Positions 53,121 to 64,000 of a DNA stretch of 64,000 nt are shown here, one piece after another. Position 1 is the first letter of the stretch; every line of letters starts with the position of its first letter. Source of the stretch: Balanoglossus misakiensis. Its lineage: Eukaryota > Animalia > Hemichordata. The notes under the pieces were generated by a model. That model made no database searches, was not told the DNA's origin, and saw only the letters and a program-made list of their open reading frames with translations. The stretch is taken from the NCBI GenBank assembly GCA_040954595.2, contig CM082588.2, positions 2,177,027 to 2,241,026 on the forward strand, in the 5' to 3' direction. Position numbers and translations under genes: made by a program.

Positions 53121-55472
53121 TCTACACTCCAGCCTGCTTCTTGGTTTGATTGAAATGCTGGAACTTTGTGTGACACCACACCCCCTGAGTTTGTCAATTT
53201 CAAAGAGTAGAGTTTTCAATCATGTACCATGGCGGATAGTCCTGAGTTTAACTTTTCTTAGCAGTTTTCAAGTATTGATTGGAAGAATGCGCAGTGTTGA
53301 AGAGTATGCGCTTGTTGATTTGAAGGCTGTTAAAAGAGTAACCGTTGTCTTGAATTGAGCTGACTCTTCATAAATAAACTGTAATTTCAATTATTTTATC
53401 ACTGTGTGAGTCATTCGTTGTTGTGATTGGACGACAGCGCAATCCAACCGTGGACACAAATTCTCATTTGTACATTTTAGAGATGAATGGTGTGAACGTC
53501 ATTTAACATATCAAACAAACACCAATGTCCAAAACATGTACTGGCAGAAACCACGTGTAGATATGCGATAAGCGCTGTAGAAATTTCAAGGGCAAGGAAA
53601 CAAAAGGACCAATGAAGCCCAATGACGTGAGAGGCAAATATCACGTGAACTGGAAGTGAATGGTTGACGTGCAGTTTTGTTGTTTCTCATTGGTTGACAG
53701 CCACCTGATTTTGTGGCGTCGATTCACTTTGCATATTTCGCCCTCAAGCGCTATCTTATACACCACCCGCCACATTCTATATTAGCCGTCCCTCAACCAT
53801 AGCGTAATCCTGGATCCCTGATTCCAAACTCTTTAATTGAATCTCCTGGGAGTTGACCTTGGTTTTAAAAGTTCAATGAGGTCAAAATATTTGTTTTAAA
53901 ATCTTATACAAGATTTATATATTTAGGTCGAGTTTAGTTAAGTTAACCTTGGCCGCGTACTAAGTTTTGCGCGCACTTGACTTTGACGAGGTACAATAAT
54001 AACATAAATCACACCAATTCTTATTTTTTCTTGCCATCGAGCCGCTGTTGTTTTATGCGCAAAAATCCACACTTACTCAAAAACAGCTATTAATTTCCAT
54101 CGGAGTTTGGATACACGGTATAAGCTTATACGGTTAGCATTTCGCGTACACAGATGCATGTTATCGACCTATTGTCCACCTGCACAAGATACCACGATGG
54201 GGGTCATTCATTGTCTGGCGCTCTGGTCGAATCAGCTAAATTTTCTCCTTAGAATCTTGGCCTTCTTCCAGAAGATAAGACTCGATACTGAAGGATCGGA
54301 AATGATCTAGGCCTAATATTATATCGATCAAAACAGGACATAAAAAGAACTAAGGCATTTTGCCAAGAATTTGAACTTCTCCGGAAAAAAACACTCATGC
54401 GTTTTTATCTGAAAACAGGAAACTAAGCACTCAACAATATCATACCAAGAGAGAATTTTATTGATTGCGGTTTGGCTAAATATCAAATATTTTGCTCGAA
54501 GATCTCTGGATCTCTACGGTTCTTGTGCACTGGGGGCGCCAGTTAAGATTCATTCATCAGAAAGCAGCAGGAAAAAACTTGATTTGCAGCTGGGAATACC
54601 ACAGCGCCCCCTTGAGCTCTTTTCGGCTTATGGGTCACCGTTTTTTCCCGTTCACGATTTATTCCATAAATGCCGCCAGACTAAACGTGAACAATGACAC
54701 AAATGATGAGAAACACAAGTTTACTGTTCTTAAATGCAAAATTTTCTCAATCTTCGGGTGAAACGTCTGCTTGCACCGATCTTCGTCTTAAGGTTGTAAC
54801 CGCTTTGATTGGCTGAAATGATTTAAGTAACGAGCATTGTGATTGGTTGAAAGTTTGATAGTGTTCGCTGCACCAAGTTCTGATATAACTTCTCGTATTT
54901 CATTGTAAAACGGAATATTATGATCATATGCGTCGAGTACAGTTTAATCATAAATATTAAAAATAAATAACGACCGACGTGGTGAGATTTATTCTTTTAG
55001 GTCTTTCATGTCGCGAAGACACAAATTTCATTCAACTGCCTGTATTTCGGCCACTCGTATCAAAATTATTTGCTGGAAGCATGCATGGTCTGGTACTCCG
55101 ACCTGAATTAGATTCTTGCCCCCGTTTATCTTCTAACCGGTCTTATCAAATAACGAGGGGAAATAAATTAATCATTTCGCCCGAAAACAATCTGGCGTCG
55201 AGCCCGTTTGTCCGGCCCCAATATGTGTTTTGCGATGACCTCGACCATCGTGCGAGCTCCTCGTAAAGATTGTAAATTAACAACCTGTCCATTGTTATCG
55301 CAGGGGTCAGTTGACCAGACGGTCCAGCAGCGGAACTGCCTTATCTTGCGCTAACATCGTGTGATATAAAAAAAATCAGACAAAGAATTATCAATCACTG
55401 CATTGGAGTCGTTGTCTACCCGGTGCTGCTATTGGCGTCTCACATTTGCATCAGACCAGCTCAGCAAGCATC

Positions 55473-57323
55473 ATGGCTCGTTTCTCTATCCTTGCTCTCC
55501 TGTGCCTGGCCCTTTGCGCCACGGGTAAGTATAGCCATACGCTGACTTAGAAACTCCAGGCACACGTCCACGTACATATTTCATATCCACACTAGGCAGA
55601 TCCTCACGCACCTTTTACATGTACAAATATTCTCCTACAGACGCTAAATTAATCTAACTATTACTTTTCTCACAACTATTATTTTCTTGACCAGTTTTTC
55701 AGACTGTTAACTGTTTCTGAGATCTTGGCTTGTTTTCAGCAGTCAATTTCTTGTTTATATATTCGAAATTGGAAATTTACGCAAAAGTTAAACTTTCATG
55801 CGCTGATAGTTAACTTTAATATCAACCCGGATAGGTAAAACGAAATAAAAATCTTCTTGTCATTTTCAAGTGTAAACACATCATCTGTTCAAGCCACGTA
55901 CCGGCTACGTTTGCTGATTTTTCCCTCAGAAATCGATCGCTGAACTCAATCAATATCACTCTTGCTGACTCAGCCAGAATTCCGTCCGCAGATCGGTACG
56001 GTCTGACGGGATTTTTTCCGTTCGTGGTGTTTATCAAGAAATTTATATACTAGACTATAGAGAATCACCCGATCTCGAACAAATTGTCGACTTTGTGATC
56101 TCTCATCGAATCTTTCTACAACTTTATTTGGGCCAGTGATGGGATGACCGACAAAGCGGTTCGCTGGCAGGAGACATTGGCTGTGCCGTCCATAGCTACC
56201 GTCTATTCCTCGCTTGGCGCTAAAAAAAAACACTGTCATTGCCTGTGTATGCGTTGCTTCAATCTCAAACTTGAAGCTTGCAAACTTTCGTTTCCGGGGG
56301 GCTCAAACTTTACTCACTGACCCTCTCCTCTTCGCCCTTCCTTGCAGCGTATGGATACATCGGCATTGAAGACCAGTTCCCCGGGGGAGTTCCAGATGGT
56401 CTCTTCACGGCGATGGGCGTAAGTTTCCTTATGATGCAAAATTGTGTTACCTAGATTCCTGAACGTATTTCACTCAAAACACCGCCCTTAACCCCAGTTT
56501 TTAAAATTAACAAGTTGACTTAGAAATATTCACATTAAAGTACCACACAAAGGCCACAATATGGGCATTTATCCCCCCCCCCCCTGCACAATCATGGTAC
56601 GGTCCAAGAGATAAAAAGTAATCTATGACCGCGCATCAATCATTCGCCGCCAATCTATCTGTGCACTCATCTCAGGGAGGGAACGCAGATAAAAATGACT
56701 ATTTTCATACCTGTAGCTAGCCTCATCGATACAACAATAAGGCTGAGGTTGATTAGGTGATACTTGGCGGTTGATAAGGTCACCTCGACAATAGCTGCAG
56801 GTCATACTCGATTTTGATAGAGCGCCATCGTGCGTTGATATAGATTCTAGACTTTGTCTTTTTTTTCTGAAAGGGTGTCTTTGGTGGAGAGGATGGAGGA
56901 GATGAAGCAACTGATGAAGAAAAGGCTGATCTGGAAGAAACCGAACGGGAACTTGGACCACTGGCCACAATGCTGACCGGAGGCGGCAGTGGCCCTCTGG
57001 CAGACAAGCCTCTTCTCAGAATGATGATTCTCAGACGTGCTCTCGGTGGTGGACAGCAACAAGGGTTCGGTCCATTCAGTGGTCTGCAACGCCCATCTGG
57101 TAGTATGGCTCGCAACATGATGCTCTTCAGAATGCTCGGAAAGAATATGGGTGAGAAGTTCTTGAAGAAGGCATACGACACCAAGCAGAGCCGCAGGATT
57201 TACACCTTCGCCTCTTCCCTGGGCTGTGACTGTTCATTGGAATACATGTAAGTGGTGAACTGTAGCTTTCTTAGAGTGAGAGAGGAGAGAGAGAAGAGAT
57301 TGAGGGGGAGAGAGAGGGAGGGA

Positions 57324-57365
<42 letters not shown>

Positions 57366-58888
57366 TAGAGATAGAGACTGACCAGAAACTTATAAGCACG
57401 CTGGACCCTGGTTGGCCAGGTGATGCCCCTTGTAAAGTTGTGATGAGCACGATTCACGTTGCATTTTCGCTCTCTTACAGTGATGACGAATACAATCTCA
57501 AGGGTTTCAGTTTTGACCTCATCAACGCAGGTAAGGTCACTTGAAGACTCTTCAATCTTGTACTTCTGTTTCTCGAACACGTTGATCGTATTTTGCGTTT
57601 GTGTTTGCATTCTTTTCGGTTAGAACAGCGCCGATTTACGCAGATATCTGTCAGCTGGCATTGCACTGTATTCACTGCAAATTCTCGTTTCTCCACAGTC
57701 TGCGAGGCCGCCGGAAAGAAGTGCGCTGTCATGTACGACGCTGGCACCAACTGCTACTCACACGTGCACGGCGAACACGGCAGAGCTGGCGATGGTGAGT
57801 AACACAGTCAGTTGTAAATGTTCAACCCCTCAGCGTGGTTAACATTTGTAATCGTATGCATCCTTGGGTAACTTTTGCACTTCTTCAGGAACTTTTTCAC
57901 AGTAGAAATAACATTCATGTCTGGACGGTGATTTACAGGTCTGATGAACAAATACTACGATGGTTGCCTTACATGGATGAGGACACACGAACGTGAGCGC
58001 TCCGTTTCTTTCACCGCTGGTTACTCCAAGATCAAAGACAACCAGGCTCACTTCTACGTGCTCCAGGATAACCCCAACGCTTTCAACCAAGAGGCCCTTG
58101 CAGATGCTAACATTGGTTAGTGAAATTCAAAACAAGAGTTAACGTCTTCTCAACTTTGTGCTGTCCGTTTATTCATTCCGAAGTGTTACGCCCCTTCATC
58201 CTTCGGCCATGAGATACCAGCGGTAATAGCAGAAAATGGGTGAAATGTTGGCGGCTAAATGACGTATTCAAAATCTCACCAGTTTCTTACTTATTCTTGT
58301 GCAGGTTTCCTCGATGGATGGGTCAGCGACGAATATTGCTTGGCTAACCCCGGCGCAGACAGCGGCGGATTCGAAGGAGTGCGCCTCCACCCCGACAATA
58401 CCCACTACTACGCCACCAGGAAGGAGCTGTTCACAGATGTCCAGAATGGAAAAGTGAGTCCAACCCGAAGATGTACCGTCCTCATCATTATTAACCAAGT
58501 GGCACACATTCTACTACCTCTTTCTTGTACACTATTACTCAGAAAACAAAGTGCAAATCCCTCGCTAAGATGCACATTGTCAAACTGTGATTCAGCCTCC
58601 CGATTTGCACCAGCGATGTATATATAAACCTCTCCTTGTTCTTTATTCCTTCAGTTGGCTGCTGCATTCCTGGTCGATCTTAGCGCCAAGGAAGCCGAGG
58701 AACGCGGTTTTGAGAAGATTGGACCAGGCATCAGTTGCGGTGTTGACGACGACCTTCACATCATGACTCGCAAGGACAGCGACGTGTCCGAATGGTTCGA
58801 CGCCACCCTGGCTGAAATGAAGAGTAGTGGGGCTTATTACGGACTCTGCGCCAGATCATACCATGCACATCGTAAGTACCATTCAAAG

Positions 58889-58960
<72 letters not shown>

Positions 58961-59125
58961 TGTGTGTAATGTACATGAGAGATTATGCAGCTATGTCGAA
59001 AAACATTATACATGTACATGTAGTAGATAGACTATACAATCATTCTGCTTTTATTAATTTTTCTCCCTCTCTTTCTACGCACAGTTGGCAAGGGAGGATT
59101 CAACTGCGTCGGAGATGATGAGTAG
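55473..59125 (+). CDS. Secreted SBP family-3 domain protein E with acidic and Gly/Met-rich N-terminus, ~408 aa
   Basis: Exons 55473-55524, 56348-56418, 56874-57247, 57481-57530, 57699-57794, 57939-58115, 58305-58453, 58655-58871, 59085-59125 (1227 nt, open). MARFSILALLCLALCATAYG; GPLADKPLLRMMILRRALGGG; LGCDCSLEY; GFSFDLINAVCEAAGKKC; ERERSVSFT; MTRKDSDVSEWFDATLAEMKSSGAYYGLC. TATAAAA at ~55365; AATAAA at ~59353. Confidence 0.9.
57274..57378 (+). repeat. (GA)n-rich purine tract, intron of gene E
   Basis: Direct reading. Confidence 0.9.
58892..58958 (+). repeat. Perfect (GA)n microsatellite, last intron of gene E
   Basis: Direct reading. Confidence 0.95.
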
Positions 59126-60955
59126 AAACTTCTAGTCGATTATTTGACATATTCAACGATGAAACCACGCCACATCAGCCTACTTTAAAAAAATATTCAA
59201 TGACCCAGTGACGTCATAGATAACATCTTCGTACACTTGACGTTTTATATACGTGATTTCTACTTTTGTACAAAATTAAACAATGTTGAAGTCTTTTCAA
59301 TGGAAATGATTGCAGTGTGACTTTTTTACAACAGGGAGCTCACGGAATTATAATAAAATACCTTTGAGAAGAAATACATAGTTGTCGTTTTGTGTTCTTG
59401 TCATATGCATCACGTGTGACGTCATAACTTTCATTTACGCCATGTGCCTTCACACACTCATTGAGGGCCACATACGTGCGAATTGGTAAAATACACATAG
59501 GCCTATACGTTTTAAGATTTTGTAATAATGGTAATTATAGGCGTCTCATCATGCATTATATGATATGATGTATTTGAGGAATAACATTGCTGACATGCTT
59601 CAAAAGTAATTTTTTATCACTAGGCTATTCCCTTTTCATTCATAAAACCCCCCACATGTTTTAGACAGAAAACCCCACGTATCACTGGGAATTTAGGCAT
59701 TTATCAGACTTTCCCTTTGCTACAAGGGACAATCGATCATTAGTTTTAATGATATTATTAATGTTAGACATATGGATATCGTTGATAATTATAAACAAAG
59801 TGCAGTTGCAGTCGAGCCAGTCACGTCGTACGTAATCTATGGAATGAACAAGCACTTGGGGAGTCATTGTTTTCTATCTGTAACTCACTTAGAGGTTCAA
59901 TCCACGTCTGTGAGTGCGACAAACAGACGAACCACTTCCGGTTTGATGCTAGCGTTTCGGCGAGCGACCTCGAAGACGAAGTTGTGCCGTCGTATTGAAC
60001 GAAACCCGTTTTTTCCAGTCCACTGTTCATATTTGGGTAGTGGAAGGCGGTTTAATACAATACAACAGGTACGTTGTTTAAAGAAATGTACTTTGCGGTA
60101 GGAACAGTACAGTGTTGTGCGGGCTTGCACATATCATGGACGTCCATGCACATATCGAGTGAGTCGCCTTCAGGGTTTGGCAGTTGTTATGACGTGTGTC
60201 GTATGAATCATTACTTACACATCAGTTTGAAACGTGGTACCGATTTGGGTGTTTCTTATGTGAGTATTACACTCCTTTTCGCACAATTCCCTGAAGGCAG
60301 TCGCTCGTTATCGACCCTGAGCGTGTGGGATTTTTGTGCGGGGCGTGGTATTCCAATGTGAAACATACAAATCACGGTGATTCAAACACGTTTGTTTTTG
60401 TGATGAGGCTTGTCCTTTGTTAATGCTAGCCCGAGACGTGGCTGCATACGTGAAGGGGCGAACTCTTTATGAGCAGAGAGACTCGCCAAAGCACTGCCCC
60501 TGGCAGGTCTGTCTGTGTGAAAAAAGTACACACTACTAACAAAGGTAATCTATCGATTATGCAATGCCACATATACAAGTGCAAATCATGCTGATGCGCA
60601 CGCTTCATCTGATAAGCAAGTTCAAAGGCCAATGATGTTTTTGTAAAATTGAACATTGGCAAATATTTACAAATAAATATTTGTAAATATTTACAACGAA
60701 GATAGATACACATCTAGAACTGCATGTCACCCAGGCCTGTAGTGTAGAGAGGTACCAAACTTCCTGTTGTTAACCTTCCAAGTGTGTGTCTGACAAACTA
60801 GTGAAAGCCAGTAAGATTTGATGCATTAGGAGCCAGCCAAGCTACGACCAAGTGCATCAAATTCTAGTATATATGACAGAGCCACACAATTGGTCTCTTC
60901 AGTGACCCCTGTATTCTCTGTTACAAAACAGAGACAGTGACGTCCCACTGTTAGT

Positions 60956-63164
<2,209 letters not shown>

Positions 63165-64000
63165 TTTTTTTATTTTTTAGAACCCACACCATATTTTGAC
63201 CGGGTTGCCCATCAAATTTGCATGTTTCACTGTCATGTGAGCAATCAGTATATGCCTTACTGTCAGTGTGTTGATGTGCAATTTTGTAAATGTAAGAAAA
63301 TCAGATAATGAGAGTGGGCAAAGCTTCTGTTAAGGCTATTTATTGTAACAAAATATCAAAAAAAGTAGTTGAAATCTTACAAACTTGGAAAAATCCTAAG
63401 ACCCCTCATAAAAAATCATGTGAAAGTGATTTCTGAGGCAATTGCAGACACACTCCCATACTAACTACACCACTCTCTGTATATTTCACTCTTCAATAGT
63501 AGTAGTGTATTTCATTAATTATTATTCAATATGGGGGTCATGACCTCTATCCCATAATATTATGTGCTAGGCTTCCTGCGATGTGATTGGTGCATGCATA
63601 GGTCACCAGCAACATGCAAGCCCCAGTGTCTCTTCACTTTTAGTGCTGTCTGTTTTCGTAAACTGTACACTGATAGTAAAATTGTACTATGTAATTTTTG
63701 TCAATAAAAGTATACATCTTCAGAACAAGTCAGAATGAATTGCAAATTTTCATTTGCACTCCAGTAGAATGTCACATCACAAGAAATGTGCTTGCTCTAA
63801 GTTTCTTGTAAAGTTCTAAAACTTCTGTTGCTAAGGAGACATCCTGGCCGGAGTGAAATTTATCTTCCAGGGTTTGCAACTCTTGCAGTAAATTCTGTAA
63901 GAGAATCAAAAACGCAACTTTTATTGTGGAACGTTAGTTATAACTATCTCTTCTGTGCATTCTTCCAAGTTATGCCTGAAGACAACTAATCCCGCATACT

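Noticed and set aside
36229-59125. Interpretation as ionotropic glutamate receptor/IR genes or as bacterial contamination
   Set aside because: There are no pore or TM segments between the lobes and the domain is contiguous. The genes have spliceosomal introns and sit among animal genes.

Overview
This is gene-dense, intron-containing animal DNA with short GT-AG introns and many microsatellites. It is most likely a marine invertebrate; a hemichordate/echinoderm-like origin is only an inference. Recognisable conserved genes are URB1 (minus, runs off the left edge), NDC80, CCDC181, PRDX4, SHPRH and TFG. The striking content is six intron-containing genes whose products are stand-alone homologues of bacterial family-3 periplasmic amino-acid-binding proteins (HisJ/ArgT/ArtJ/GlnH-type fold). 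One is a type II membrane-anchored copy (22447-24550, minus). The other five form a head-to-tail tandem array of signal-peptide-bearing copies (36229-59125, plus) and add a CxC motif and a variable Gly/Met-rich helical-repeat N-terminus. All six gene models were reconstructed by hand and give intact frames. Within the array I also see a precise intron loss, a probable gene-conversion tract and shared GATA/nuclear-receptor promoter elements. No database searches were run; homology calls come from motif recognition.
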